From Pyrinomonadaceae bacterium (GTDB taxonomy: Bacteria > Acidobacteriota > Blastocatellia > Pyrinomonadales > Pyrinomonadaceae), in NCBI GenBank assembly GCA_036387475.1, contig DASVTR010000020.1:117870-181869 (forward strand): DNA of 64,000 nt, in the 5' to 3' direction. A program made the position numbers and the translations under genes. How positions within the stretch are numbered: position 1 is the stretch's first letter; each line of letters starts with the position of its first letter. The notes below the pieces were generated by a model. That model was not told where the DNA came from. It worked only from the letters and a program-made list of their open reading frames with translations, and made no database searches. Below are positions 63,953 to 64,000 of the stretch, one piece after another.

Positions 63953-64000
63953 GAAAGTAAAAAGGCAAACGGCTTTGCCTAAAAATCCCCTTTCGTGACC

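Overview
All calls come from reading the ORF translations and the DNA by eye; no searches were run. This is a chromosomal segment of roughly 58-60% G+C from a Gram-negative bacterium. The gene content (many signal-peptide hydrolases, a kinase-linked ECF sigma factor) suggests Acidobacteriota, but that is a low-confidence inference.

Layout:
- 1-31 kb is a mix of metabolic, envelope and transport genes: an ABC importer, an acyltransferase, S9 and S8 peptidases, two amidohydrolases, a type III PLP decarboxylase, APC permeases and murE.
- 32-46.7 kb is a co-directional housekeeping block: tig-clpP-clpX-(two secreted paralogs)-lon-engB-rho-glgA-trxA-ykgJ-purA-tRNA-Lys.
- 46.7-62.6 kb is patchier and partly lower in G+C. 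It holds a gene fragment, ppdK, about 1 kb of eroded DNA, a PQQ-like propeller protein, a tRNA-Lys-derived relic, an AraC regulator, methyltransferase genes, an ECF sigma factor divergent from an ankyrin Ser/Thr kinase, hicAB and three orphan genes.

Most interesting observations:
1. A 69-codon, very acidic peptide gene sits directly upstream of an ATP-grasp ligase. This is a candidate peptide ligation or modification module that fits no described class cleanly.
2. At least nine intergenic long hairpins have arms built from tandem heptamers. Several abut stop or start codons.
3. A decayed copy of the tRNA-Lys 3' part lies 5.4 kb downstream of the intact tRNA-Lys and brackets ppdK.
4. An in-frame TGA interrupts the ABC substrate-binding gene.
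5. Two secreted paralogs are inserted between clpX and lon.
6. A low-G+C HNH endonuclease gene abuts tRNA-Leu.
7. A 62-aa protein is made almost entirely of Asn-Gln heptads.

No CRISPR array, rRNA, transposase or integrase was seen.
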